Below are positions 40,480 through 50,367 of a DNA stretch of 64,000 nucleotides, piece after piece (the stretch's first letter is position 1; every line of letters begins with the position of its first letter). This DNA comes from a virus (lineage: Duplodnaviria; Heunggongvirae; Uroviricota; Caudoviricetes), in IMG/VR virus record IMGVR_UViG_2740892229_000011, one strand, 5' to 3'. Made by a program: the position numbers and the translations under genes. Below the pieces are notes generated by a model. That model worked only from the letters and a program-made list of their open reading frames with translations, had not been told where the DNA came from and did not search any database.

Positions 40480-41030
40480 TAGTCGTCACCGCTGACAGCA
40501 TACACAATCAACTACCGCTGATAGCATATCGAGAGTCTATCTCACCGCTCACAGCATACTTTACTCGATTTTTTACCGCTGACAGCATACTTAAGACATT
40601 GCATGAATAATGTGTACCGGTATGGGTATAACCAGAACAAAATTACCGCTGGCAGCATACGAAGGTCTGACATATACCATTAATTACCGCTGATAGCATA
40701 TCCAAACAAAAATTCCTCAATAAAACACCGCTGACAGCATACGTTCTATCAGGGAGCAGCAGGCAATAAATGCCTTTCACTACAAGCAATCAGCGCAATA
40801 GCAATAGAATGTTAGTGAGCGCAAACCTATATGGAATGCACTCTTCGAGGTTAGTAACCACTGGGGAGGTATGACAGAGCATTGAGTGGTGATAGATGAT
40901 TTACCGCCCACAGCATACGTTCATCTCACTATACCGCTGGTAGCATATATTTAACCGTTTACAGCATACTTTTCAGAAAAATAGCCGCTGATAGCATACA
41001 TTTCACCGCTGACAGCATATCAAAGCAGTT
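40480..41030. repeat. Iteron array downstream of repA (incA-like copy-control locus); about 12 copies of a 16-bp repeat
   Basis: Repeats of consensus 'ACCGCTGACAGCATAC' (variants accgctgatagcatat, accgctggcagcatac, etc.) at irregular 25-45 bp spacing, with a break at about 40760-40900. Confidence 0.8.
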
Positions 41031-42114
41031 TGAGACTATTGGAAAGGATCTCAATCATCTTGATATTTTCAGGCGTCAAATTCTGCGAAAGTTCGGTTAT
41101 CTTGTTGATAATGTTCTGTTTGGCATCAATTTCCCCAGCTTTCTCATCTAGTTTTTTGGGTTCGATGTCTTCAGGTTTTGGCGGTGCGACTTTGAGTTTT
41201 GGATTGCGGCTGTGAATCTGGATATAGATCGACCGCCCTCGCTTAATCTCGCTGTATTCGAGATAACCCAAATCTTGGAGAGCTTTTAAGCCGTTGCGTA
41301 TAGTCTGATTCTGCGAGCTGACATTCCTGCTACTCAAATTGAGTCGCGCACGCAATCGAGCAAGCGATACCGGCGCAGGCTTGGTTGGAAGACTTTCGAT
41401 GAAGGTGTACAGAGCCTGTGCTGTTTCTTTGCGTGGTAGCTTATTGATAACCTTTAACTGCAAAAGAACCTTATGGTCAAAGCGATATAGTTCGGCCAGC
41501 TTCGGTTCTGCATAGAACACCACCGTATCTTTCTGCTCGTTGTAGTCCACGCTATTGATGAGGTGCACCATCAGAAGCGAGATCTTGTTAGAGCCGTCGA
41601 CGTTCTTTTCTTCATACGTTCTCTGGAAAGACAGAGTTGTACGCATGATCTTCAAAAGACTGTTTGTAAGCCGGTCGCGGAGTGTTTTGCGGATCTGTGA
41701 CGATGGATAGCCACAAAACTTCGCAAATTTCGTGATGCTTAACTCGACACGACCGTTAGGTTCGCCGTATTCTGCCAGCGAACGCACAACGCCCACCCAC
41801 GTTTTGAAATCATGATCCATGTCGAGACGAGGACCGGTTATCTTGATATCGGAATAGCCTTCAGAACGGGCTACTTCGAGCTGAACAAGCTCCTTTGAAG
41901 CATCGATCTCATTTGGCTTGTTACGCTTGCTGTATTTTGTCCCCTTGAGCGTGGGCACGAACAATCCCAGCCGCATCAACGCAATTGGTTGGACTGTATT
42001 GTTGCTATTAGGGACAAGTTCCCCTGTGTACAATTCAAGGGAACCTTCTTCAAAGTTGTCGAGATTATCTTCTACTTCTTTGTTATTTTTACCTTTTTTA
42101 TTTTTTGTGGACAT
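41020..42114 (-). CDS. repA: Plasmid replication initiator RepA (iteron-binding)
   Basis: About 365-aa ORF flanked on both sides by the same iterons; start placed at ATG 42114 ('MSTKNKKGKNNK') because the upstream 40 codons of the listed ORF read through the iterons. Confidence 0.7.
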   Translation of the reverse strand: MSTKNKKGKNNKEVEDNLDNFEEGSLELYTGELVPNSNNTVQPIALMRLGLFVPTLKGTKYSKRNKPNEIDASKELVQLEVARSEGYSDIKITGPRLDMDHDFKTWVGVVRSLAEYGEPNGRVELSITKFAKFCGYPSSQIRKTLRDRLTNSLLKIMRTTLSFQRTYEEKNVDGSNKISLLMVHLINSVDYNEQKDTVVFYAEPKLAELYRFDHKVLLQLKVINKLPRKETAQALYTFIESLPTKPAPVSLARLRARLNLSSRNVSSQNQTIRNGLKALQDLGYLEYSEIKRGRSIYIQIHSRNPKLKVAPPKPEDIEPKKLDEKAGEIDAKQNIINKITELSQNLTPENIKMIEILSNSLKLL

Positions 42115-42124
42115 GTGGACACCT

Positions 42125-42360
42125 TTGTCATTCAACCGCTGACAGCATACTTGATTTGCCGCTGACAGAATACCAAAAACAGTTGGCAGCATACGGTGAA
42201 CCGCTGACAGACTATCAATTACCGCTGACAGCATACATGAACATGGCTTCAGACCAGTCGTGGCGCGGCTTACAGCGATCGGGGATCTTATTTGATCTAT
42301 ACAAGGATCTATCTATGGATCTCTTTATTAGGATCTATCCTGTGGATATGTGAATAATTA
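42125..42360. promoter_or_regulatory. Replication origin (P1 oriR-like): iterons, GATC-containing heptamer repeats and DnaA-box-like site
   Basis: Four to five iterons (42128-42240: 'accgctgacagcatac', 'ccgctgacagaatacc', 'accgctgacagcatac'...), then repeated 'ggatct' units each containing GATC (42280-42340), then 'tgtggatat' (about 42341-42349) resembling a DnaA box. Confidence 0.65.
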
Positions 42361-42435
42361 AAACAGGCATTTACTACCTTCGGCGCACCTGGTGGGTTAT
42401 CGTTGCCTCGGCTAACAATCACAGAAAAATGACAT

Positions 42436-43080
42436 ATGGATCTAAAACGCACGCGCTGGGTTCGTCGTCTTGAAGACGGCTCCTACACTATCGAATCAAA
42501 TTCCAACCTGAATAAGCAGAAGTTGCTTTGTGACATCTGCGGTATAGCGGCGAAGTGCCCGATCTACGAAACCAGAATTAAACTTGATAAGGCTGGTGTG
42601 AATTTTCATTTAAACAGTTGCATCAGGTACGTTCCATTACTCGCATTTCGTAAACCGATCATCGGATTGGATGCTCCCTACTTCAACACACTCCGTTCAG
42701 GTGTGACGTGGCGAGATCGTTTATCACCAGACAAGCTGATTTGCCTCGTATCCGCAGACACAGGGAAAATCATCCGTTTTGGGAAAGTAGACAAGGTTTA
42801 CTCAGGCCCAGTAGACGAAATGTTGCGGAAGCACAGCCGGTTTAATCATCTCTGTATGGGTGGTGAGAAAATCGAGAAAGTAGAAGAAGTGATCCGCAAA
42901 TCCTACGGACACTTTCTGACCAAAGATAGCCTGCTCACCGCAATCTACATCAGACATGTAAAACGTGAGTTCGACCTCGAATACCACAGCGAAGAAGAGC
43001 TTAACCTTGTTGACCCACGTCCAAAAGCTGGCGTCATAAGCATAAACGCAGCGCGTAAAAAGCCCACTGACGCGCTGTAA
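42436..43080 (+). CDS. Hypothetical protein adjacent to origin
   Basis: 214-aa ORF; no recognisable motif. Confidence 0.4.
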   Translation: MDLKRTRWVRRLEDGSYTIESNSNLNKQKLLCDICGIAAKCPIYETRIKLDKAGVNFHLNSCIRYVPLLAFRKPIIGLDAPYFNTLRSGVTWRDRLSPDKLICLVSADTGKIIRFGKVDKVYSGPVDEMLRKHSRFNHLCMGGEKIEKVEEVIRKSYGHFLTKDSLLTAIYIRHVKREFDLEYHSEEELNLVDPRPKAGVISINAARKKPTDAL

Positions 43081-43334
43081 CCCTCCAGATCGTATATTGG
43101 CGTAGATAGAATCTACGCCCCCTCAAAATAGCTCTCATAGCGTTCTACAGTGATCCTGTCTTATTTTTAGTCATACAGACAAGCAAAGTTGCGCCACGAT
43201 AAATAGGTATATACTTACTTATAAATTTTGTATATTAAGGCGCTCGTTTCATTCCTAACATACCGTTATGCATAGTTGTTTACCTCCTCATTGCTCTTAG
43301 AATTTGTATCAAAATAACCACAAAGGAAAAATAC

Positions 43335-44420
43335 ATGACTTTGCCATACGGCGTCATTTCTGACTGCCACTACCACAAATGGGATGCGTTCTCCACGACG
43401 AACGCTGAGGGGCTTAACTCCAGACTTGAAATACAGTTGGAAGCAACGAAAGAAGCAGCCATCGCCATGAAGAAGGCCGGTTGTAAGTACATGTTGGTTG
43501 CCGGTGATACATTTCACGTCCGAGGAACTGTGTCCCCTTCTGTTTTGCATTACGTAACTGAAACGTACAAGTGGATTATCAACGAGCTTGATCTGACAGT
43601 AGTAATGCTGGCCGGTAATCACGATCTTGAAACCAACGATTCAGTATATAGCGCCAACGCAGCAGCATCGCTGAGTTCTATCGGCGTGGTAATCGTATGT
43701 GGCAAGCGCCCACACTCAATAAAAATTGGTGATGTGACTGTCCACCTGATTAGCTGGCGTAACAATCATGCGGAGCTTATCAGCGATCTGAAAGCATTAC
43801 GTAAGAGCGTAGAAGGTGATAATCATGACGTTGTTATCCATACATCCATTAACAAAGCCATTCCAACAATGCCTGACGTCGGTATCGATGCGCAGGAGTT
43901 AAAGGATATCGGCTTTCGTCTCGTGCTTAGTGGGCATTACCACAACCACAAAGAGGTCATTCCTGGAGTTATCAGTGTCGGTGCACTGACTCATCAAAAT
44001 TGGGGAGATGTTGGATCTCTGGCTGGCTACATGATCGTAAACCCGGACGGCAGTTTCAGTCACTACGAAACCAGTGCGCCTAAATTCATTAACCTGGAAG
44101 ATGATGTTGCTGATGACCAAATTCGCGGCAACTACGTGCGTTTCCGCGCCGTAATTGAGAACGATGAAGAAGGCATTAAGTACCAGAACATCCTCAAAAC
44201 AATGGGTGCAAAAGGTGTCGTGTGCAACTTCATCCGTAAGTCATCAATGATGGAAGGGACAGCCAGCACAACTGAAACCAGCAAAATCGATAGCCTGGGA
44301 GAGTCGGTATCTGCTTATTGCAAGATTGTCCACGATACTGACGGCGGATTTGATCTGAGCAAATTGGATATTTTGTGTCAGGAAATCCTCACCGAAGCGG
44401 AGAGTTCGGAGGCTGTGTGA
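43335..44420 (+). CDS. sbcD: SbcD / Mre11-like nuclease (calcineurin-like phosphoesterase)
   Basis: Metallophosphoesterase motifs 'SDCHYH', 'VAGDTFH', 'LAGNHD', 'SGHYHNH'. Confidence 0.7.
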   Translation: MTLPYGVISDCHYHKWDAFSTTNAEGLNSRLEIQLEATKEAAIAMKKAGCKYMLVAGDTFHVRGTVSPSVLHYVTETYKWIINELDLTVVMLAGNHDLETNDSVYSANAAASLSSIGVVIVCGKRPHSIKIGDVTVHLISWRNNHAELISDLKALRKSVEGDNHDVVIHTSINKAIPTMPDVGIDAQELKDIGFRLVLSGHYHNHKEVIPGVISVGALTHQNWGDVGSLAGYMIVNPDGSFSHYETSAPKFINLEDDVADDQIRGNYVRFRAVIENDEEGIKYQNILKTMGAKGVVCNFIRKSSMMEGTASTTETSKIDSLGESVSAYCKIVHDTDGGFDLSKLDILCQEILTEAESSEAV

Positions 44421-44653
44421 AGCAAAGTCGTTATGGGAGCTTTCGAGACTTTGCCATCACGATGAAAAGACTTGAACGAGGCCAGACGGTGATGTTTCAC
44501 AAGCCCTACCCGCCACAAGGAAATCCCGTAGCGTTTTATCTTGGAAGGTTAACAAGAAAAGGCGTATTGAGGCGCAGATCCTTCCCGGCGCATACGGAGT
44601 TCAGATTGAAAGAAGGCCAAAAGCTAACACACGGTATCAGAGGTGTTATATGA
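44417..44653 (+). CDS. Small basic hypothetical protein between sbcD and sbcC
   Basis: In-frame GTG at about 44417 after 'ggagg'; the listed ORF 44375..44653 overlaps the sbcD 3' end. Confidence 0.25.
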   Translation: MKQSRYGSFRDFAITMKRLERGQTVMFHKPYPPQGNPVAFYLGRLTRKGVLRRRSFPAHTEFRLKEGQKLTHGIRGVI

Positions 44654-46566
44654 AGTTTTTAAAGCTCCAGGTTGAGAATTTTATGGCTATCGCCAGCGCG
44701 GAGGTCGAGTTAGATCAGCGTGGTTTAGTGCTCATTCAGGGTGTTAATAGTGATGATAGTTCCGCATCAAGTAATGGCTCTGGAAAGTCAACTCTAATGA
44801 ATAGCCTGATGTGGTGTCTTTATGGCGAAACAGCTCATGGTGTGAAGGGTGACGATGTGTTGTCTACCGACCATGAAAAGAACTGTCGTGTTGCAGTAAC
44901 CATCGAGGATGAAGGCAAGAGATACGCAATCATTCGTCACCGTAAACACAAAGAGTTCAAAAATCGTCTTATCGTTCGTGGTGAAGATGGCGATATGACG
45001 AAAGGCAAAGATGCGCTGACGCAGGAGTTCGTCGAGCGTCTGATCGGTGCATCTAAAGAGGTTTTCATGGCTTCCATCTATGCGAGCCAAGAAGCTATGC
45101 CAGATTTACCTGGAATGTCCGACAAAAACCTCAAAACCATCGTAGAAGAAGCCGCTGGCGTTGACAGACTGACACGCGCCTACGCTATTGCTTGTGAGCG
45201 AGCTAATGCAGCTGCCGCACGTATGGATGTGGTTAAAACCAAATTGGAGTCGACAATCTCGACCATTGAGGCAACACAGTCAGAAATTGAGTCAGCGAAA
45301 GCCTCCTCTGAATCATGGGAGCAAGAGCGTTTTAAACGTTATGACGATGCCCTGGCTGGGCTGGCCAGTGCCGAAGTTGAGTTAACGGAAGTTGAACTTG
45401 AGATCCGCACTCTGCCCGAACAGATACGTGATACCGAGAAGGCAATCGAAAGTGAGCGCAAAAAGTTAGCCTCAAAAGAAGAACATGACGCCAAGTTGCT
45501 CAAAGTTCGTGGTGCGATAACTGATATTCGGGCAAGCATCAAAGCTACAGAAAATAGTCAGGCTGATGCAATGAACCGCGCGCGTAATTTTAAGACCAAA
45601 GCAGAAGAGGTTGGTACTAAAGTGGGATCACCATGCCCTACTTGTGGCAAAGCCTACTGCGAAGAAGATCTATCAACGGTGAAGGAGAATTTCATTGAAC
45701 AAGCACGACAGGAAATTGGTCAGGCGAAGACACTTGCAGAGGCAATGGCTAAACACAAAACGAATCTTGAGAAAGCGTTAAGCATTGAGTCTGCCCTTGT
45801 TAAAACGACACCTGATGTAACGGCTATCATTGCCCGGATTGAAGAGCTTACGAAACAACTCTCATCTTTGCGTCATCGTGAGAAGGAGGTTGTTGCTATT
45901 GAGTCTCTTGTGACTCGTGCTCGTACTGAGGTCGATCGTATATCAAAAGAGATTAATCCGTTTATTGCTCTTATCGCCAGACACGAAAATAACTTGGTAT
46001 CCAGTAAGTCTACCTTCAAGTCCTTAAAAGATGAGTTGAAGGCTATTCAGGAACAAACGTTGCTATTGGAAAAAGCTCGTCAGGTCTACTCTCCTGCCGG
46101 GGTGCGTTCTCATATTTTGACGTCTGTTACGCCTTTCCTGAATACACGCACTGCCGAGTATCTCAATACGTTGTCTGACGGGAATATTACTGCTGAGTGG
46201 TCGACGATGGATGTCACTAAAAAAGGTGAGTATCGCGACAAATTCAACATTAGTGTGCAGAAGAAAGGTTCAAGTAAGTCGTTCCAAACCCTCTCTGGTG
46301 GTGAGAAGCGGAAGGTTCGCATTGCGTGTTCTTTGGCATTGCAGGATCTGGTTAGTAACCGGGCGAGTAAAAACATCGATTTGTTTATCGGCGACGAAAT
46401 TGACGATGCACTCGATACAGCCGGTCTTGAACGCCTCATGGGTATTCTGGAGTCCAAAGCTCGCGAGCGAGGTACTGTGCTGATTATCTCCCATAAAGAG
46501 ATGAAGTCATGGTTCCGGGAAACTATTACGCTGGAAGTTAAAGAGGGGCGCAGCTATGTCGTTTAA
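44650..46566 (+). CDS. sbcC: SbcC / Rad50-like ATPase with zinc hook
   Basis: Walker A 'NGSGKSTLMN', central coiled coil with 'CPTCG' zinc hook, C-terminal signature 'LSGGEKRKVRIACSLAL' and Walker B 'LFIGDEIDDALD'. Confidence 0.75.
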   Translation: MKFLKLQVENFMAIASAEVELDQRGLVLIQGVNSDDSSASSNGSGKSTLMNSLMWCLYGETAHGVKGDDVLSTDHEKNCRVAVTIEDEGKRYAIIRHRKHKEFKNRLIVRGEDGDMTKGKDALTQEFVERLIGASKEVFMASIYASQEAMPDLPGMSDKNLKTIVEEAAGVDRLTRAYAIACERANAAAARMDVVKTKLESTISTIEATQSEIESAKASSESWEQERFKRYDDALAGLASAEVELTEVELEIRTLPEQIRDTEKAIESERKKLASKEEHDAKLLKVRGAITDIRASIKATENSQADAMNRARNFKTKAEEVGTKVGSPCPTCGKAYCEEDLSTVKENFIEQARQEIGQAKTLAEAMAKHKTNLEKALSIESALVKTTPDVTAIIARIEELTKQLSSLRHREKEVVAIESLVTRARTEVDRISKEINPFIALIARHENNLVSSKSTFKSLKDELKAIQEQTLLLEKARQVYSPAGVRSHILTSVTPFLNTRTAEYLNTLSDGNITAEWSTMDVTKKGEYRDKFNISVQKKGSSKSFQTLSGGEKRKVRIACSLALQDLVSNRASKNIDLFIGDEIDDALDTAGLERLMGILESKARERGTVLIISHKEMKSWFRETITLEVKEGRSYVV

Positions 46567-47299
46567 ATTAAGCCGCTCGCAGTTTTTGCAGGTATTTGCA
46601 GTGATGCAGTCGATAAAACTGATCAATGGGCATACTTCCAATGGTGCGGCTCCACGTATTCTGTGGGGCAGCAACAATATTGACGGAGTACAATTCGCCG
46701 CGTTGCTTGGTCTAATATCCGAGACACCATTGATGCAAAGTTTGAAATCACTACCACCTGGATGTATTGCGCCGATCCTGATTAATCCTTTTGTTGAGGG
46801 GGGATATCTTCCCAACGTCGGGCCTGGGTTTATTGCATCCCATGAAACTGAAGATCTTAACATTAATAGCGAAGGGTTCTTTGGGGGAATGGGTGCGCAT
46901 CACTGTATGGCTTTCACGAACCTTATTCGACTTGCCAATAAGCGGGTGGATAGTTTGGCATCGCCAGGTGATGCTTTTACTGGTTTCCTTATCCAAAGGA
47001 GGGATAAAAAGTACAGTGCGGACAAACTACAGTTTGTTGGTAAGTATGGAGAAATGGTAGAAATCGAACTTCAGCTCCCTCATGTTTTAGCAAACGATAG
47101 TGCAGACAGTCGGAGGCTGTTGGGCATCATGCGTCATTTCATAGCAAGTGGCGTTAAACATGCCGTAGATAAACGTGTCACGCAGGAAAATGAGTATTCA
47201 GACTTTGCAAACTATCCCCAACCAACGTTGCAAACGGCAATAGTAACCAATTCGTTGGAGGCGAGATTATTGGAAAACCCTATATGGGGAACATGGTAA
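46556..47299 (+). CDS. Hypothetical protein
   Basis: 247-aa ORF overlapping sbcC stop. Confidence 0.4.
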   Translation: MSFKLSRSQFLQVFAVMQSIKLINGHTSNGAAPRILWGSNNIDGVQFAALLGLISETPLMQSLKSLPPGCIAPILINPFVEGGYLPNVGPGFIASHETEDLNINSEGFFGGMGAHHCMAFTNLIRLANKRVDSLASPGDAFTGFLIQRRDKKYSADKLQFVGKYGEMVEIELQLPHVLANDSADSRRLLGIMRHFIASGVKHAVDKRVTQENEYSDFANYPQPTLQTAIVTNSLEARLLENPIWGTW

Positions 47300-47308
47300 G
47301 GAGACTAT

Positions 47309-47878
47309 ATGAGTAAAAAAATCAGCGTAGTTGGTGTTGATCCCTCTATGAGCAACTTTGGGCTTGCTGTGGGCACTTTAGACCTTGAAACGGACGAACT
47401 TGAGATTCACGGCCTTACTCTTGTTGAGACTAAAGCGGGGAGTAACAAAAAGACCGTTCGTGTGAACAGTGACGATCTGCGCCGTGCCAGTGAAATATGG
47501 CGTGTTGCGAAGCCAATCATTGATAAGGCGAATATGGTTTTTTGTGAACTACCGGTTGGGAGCCAAAACTCTCGTTCGCAGACGTCTTACGGTATTTGTA
47601 TCGGTGTACTTGCGTGTGTGGATAAGCCATTGATCCAGGTCACTCCAAACGAAATCAAGCATTTTGTTGGCAATAAACTTACTACATCGAAAGAAGAGAT
47701 TATCCAGTGGGCTACGAAAAAACACCCTAAAGCACCGTGGCTGCGTCGTAAGCAATCTGGACAGGATGTTCTCGTGAACAAAAACGAACATTTGGCTGAT
47801 GCGGTGGCTGCCATCCATACCGGTATGCAAACGGATCAGTTCCGCCAGGTTCGCGATGTTCTTAAGTCTCTCATTTGA
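47309..47878 (+). CDS. RuvC-like Holliday-junction resolvase (putative)
   Basis: N-terminal 'ISVVGVDPSMSNFGLAVG' resembles the RuvC catalytic N-terminus; 189 aa. Confidence 0.45.
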   Translation: MSKKISVVGVDPSMSNFGLAVGTLDLETDELEIHGLTLVETKAGSNKKTVRVNSDDLRRASEIWRVAKPIIDKANMVFCELPVGSQNSRSQTSYGICIGVLACVDKPLIQVTPNEIKHFVGNKLTTSKEEIIQWATKKHPKAPWLRRKQSGQDVLVNKNEHLADAVAAIHTGMQTDQFRQVRDVLKSLI

Positions 47879-47951
47879 TTTCATTGATAGGTAAGTGCTT
47901 ATCTATTAACATGGGCCACTATATTTAGTGGCCCTCTTTATTTGGTGATAC

Positions 47952-50267
47952 ATGATAAGCATCGTAAAACGTAACGGCCAAACAGAGCCGTTATCCGAAG
48001 AAAAATACAACCGCGTCGTAATGTATGGCGTAGAAGGCATTCGTGGCGTAAGCGCATCCGCTGTAGCAATGGGAGCTGCGGCCAGCATTTTTGATGGGAT
48101 GACCACCAGCCAGTTGCATGAGGCTTTGGTTAAATCTGCCGCTGATTTGATCTCACCAGAAGCACCAAATTACTCACAGGTGGCTGCCCGCCTGAACATT
48201 TTTAAAATCCGCAAAGATGCCTTCGGTCGTTACGACTATCCGAACTTCTACCAACACATTGTCAAGAACGTTAACAAGGGCGTTTATGACAAGGATTTGC
48301 TGACACATTATTCGTTTGAAGAGATCGAAGAACTCGGCAATTACATTAAGCCGAAACGTGACGATCTTTTTGGCTATGCAGCTACGGTGCAGTTGCAAAG
48401 CAAATACCTCGTTCAAAACCGTGTTACTGGTGAGATTCATGAGGGGCCGCAACATATCTATATGCTGGTAGGCATGTGTCTGTTCCAGAATTGGGAAGAC
48501 GACTGCGCTGGCAAAACACGTATGGAGATGGTCAAAGGTTTCTATGACGTTACAAGTACGTTCAAACTGTCTCTGCCCACACCAATCATGGCCGGCGTCC
48601 GTACTCCAACCCGTCAGTTCTCCAGTTGTGTGCTGATTGAGTCTGGCGATAGTCTGAAAGGGATTAGTGCAGCTTCAGCCGCAATTATCGACTACGTTTC
48701 ACGTCGTGCTGGAATTGGTATTGGTTTTGGCCGTATCCGTGCGCTGGGCAGCGAGATCCGCAATGGTGAAGCCACCCATACCGGAGTTATTCCATTCCTG
48801 AAGCATTTCCAGACGGCTGTTAAATCTTGTTCGCAAGGTGGTGTTCGTGGTGGCGCAGCAACAGCGTTTTACCCGATCTGGCATCTTGAAGTTGAAAGTC
48901 TGCTGGTGGTGAAAAATAACCGTGGTATTGATGAAAACCGCGTTCGCCATCTTGATTACGGCGTCATGAGTAACCGTCTAATGTACCGTCGACTCGTCAG
49001 AAGCGAGAACATCACTCTGTTCAGCCCGCATGATGTGCCTGATATGTACGAAGCCTTCTTCACAGACCAGGAGCTGTTTGAAAAGCTGTACCATAAATAC
49101 GAAGCCGATGATTCAATTCGCAAGAAGTCAGTACCTGCCATTGAGCTGTTCTCATCTCTGATGCAGGAACGAGCGTCCACGGGCCGAATTTATATTGCGA
49201 ACGTAGATCATATTAACGAGCATGGCGCTTTCATTCCTGCTCTTGCACCTGTTCGCCAGTCAAACCTGTGCATGGAGATCACTCTACCCACTCGTCCACT
49301 GGCATTTACCGACGACCCGAACGGTGAGATCGCGCTATGCACTTTATCCGCTTTTAACCTCGGAGCCATCCGTTCACTGGAGTCTCTTAAAGAGGTGGCG
49401 TTCTATGCCGTTGCTGCACTGGATTCGTTACTGGATTATCAAGACTATCCGATGGAGGCAGCCGAAGTGCCTGCCAAAGCTCGTCGTAGCTTGGGAATTG
49501 GTGTAACCAACTTTGCTTATTACCTGGCAAAGAATGGCGTTCGTTATTCTGATACCGCTGGCAATAAACTGGTGCATGAAACGTTCGAAGCTATCCAGTA
49601 TTACCTTCTTGATGCCAGCTGCCGACTTGCTGAAGCAAAAGGTGAGTGTGACTGGTTTGAGCAGACCAAGTACGCAATTGGTCAGTTGCCGATCGACCAT
49701 TACCGTTCTTCATTAGACGAAAGTGGCGAAACCAACTTTGAGTTAAAGATGCCGTGGGAAGAACTGCGTGAACGTATTGCAAAATACGGCCTTCGCAACT
49801 CCACACTGACGGCACAAATGCCATGCGAGACTTCCAGCCAGATCACTAATTCCACCAACGGCATCGAACCGCCTCGTGGCCCGGTGTCGGTGAAATCTTC
49901 TAAGGACGGCATCGTTAAGATGGTCGTGCCTGAGTTTGAAAAACTGAAGGAACAGTATGAATACCTGTGGGATATGCCGGACAACCGCGGCTATCTGACA
50001 AAGGTGGCGATCATCCAGAAGTTCTTTGACCAGGCTATTTCAGCCAATACCAACTATGACCCTTCTCGCTTTGAAGGCGATAAAGTCCCAATGATGACGC
50101 TACTGTCAGATTTGCTTCTCGCCTACAAGATGGGAGTTAAAACGCTTTACTACCACAACACCAGAGATGGGGCAGGAAAGCGTGATGACGACGAACCGCA
50201 GAATCCACTGACGCAAGCTGTAGCCGTCGAGCCAGAAGATGAGTGCGACGGAGCCTGCAAAATCTGA
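47952..50267 (+). CDS. nrdA: Ribonucleotide reductase class Ia alpha subunit
   Basis: 771 aa; N-terminal ATP-cone-like 'IVKRNGQTEPLSEEKYNRV'; active-site region 'SNLCMEITLP' and C-terminal redox Cys pair '...DECDGACKI'. Confidence 0.85.
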   Translation: MISIVKRNGQTEPLSEEKYNRVVMYGVEGIRGVSASAVAMGAAASIFDGMTTSQLHEALVKSAADLISPEAPNYSQVAARLNIFKIRKDAFGRYDYPNFYQHIVKNVNKGVYDKDLLTHYSFEEIEELGNYIKPKRDDLFGYAATVQLQSKYLVQNRVTGEIHEGPQHIYMLVGMCLFQNWEDDCAGKTRMEMVKGFYDVTSTFKLSLPTPIMAGVRTPTRQFSSCVLIESGDSLKGISAASAAIIDYVSRRAGIGIGFGRIRALGSEIRNGEATHTGVIPFLKHFQTAVKSCSQGGVRGGAATAFYPIWHLEVESLLVVKNNRGIDENRVRHLDYGVMSNRLMYRRLVRSENITLFSPHDVPDMYEAFFTDQELFEKLYHKYEADDSIRKKSVPAIELFSSLMQERASTGRIYIANVDHINEHGAFIPALAPVRQSNLCMEITLPTRPLAFTDDPNGEIALCTLSAFNLGAIRSLESLKEVAFYAVAALDSLLDYQDYPMEAAEVPAKARRSLGIGVTNFAYYLAKNGVRYSDTAGNKLVHETFEAIQYYLLDASCRLAEAKGECDWFEQTKYAIGQLPIDHYRSSLDESGETNFELKMPWEELRERIAKYGLRNSTLTAQMPCETSSQITNSTNGIEPPRGPVSVKSSKDGIVKMVVPEFEKLKEQYEYLWDMPDNRGYLTKVAIIQKFFDQAISANTNYDPSRFEGDKVPMMTLLSDLLLAYKMGVKTLYYHNTRDGAGKRDDDEPQNPLTQAVAVEPEDECDGACKI

Positions 50268-50367
50268 CATATGGTGGGGCATATCCCCACCTTATCTTTG
50301 ATTTGTAAGCCTTGTTTAAACACATAAGATAACAACTTGTTTAAACACATCAAAAAAGGAAAAACAC

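Noticed and set aside
40480-41030. Regularly recurring short repeats that might be taken for a CRISPR array
   Set aside because: Repeats are 16 bp with irregular 25-45 bp spacing, partly in both orientations, and flank a replication initiator gene on both sides; this is iteron architecture, and no cas genes are present.
41020-42234. Full 404-aa extent of the repA ORF as listed
   Set aside because: The first roughly 40 codons read through origin iterons; the initiator more plausibly starts at ATG 42114 ('MSTKNKK...').
44794-45542. Minus-strand and alternative-frame ORFs within sbcC
   Set aside because: They overlap a well-supported 638-aa SbcC-like gene with Walker A, zinc hook and signature motifs; treated as shadow ORFs.
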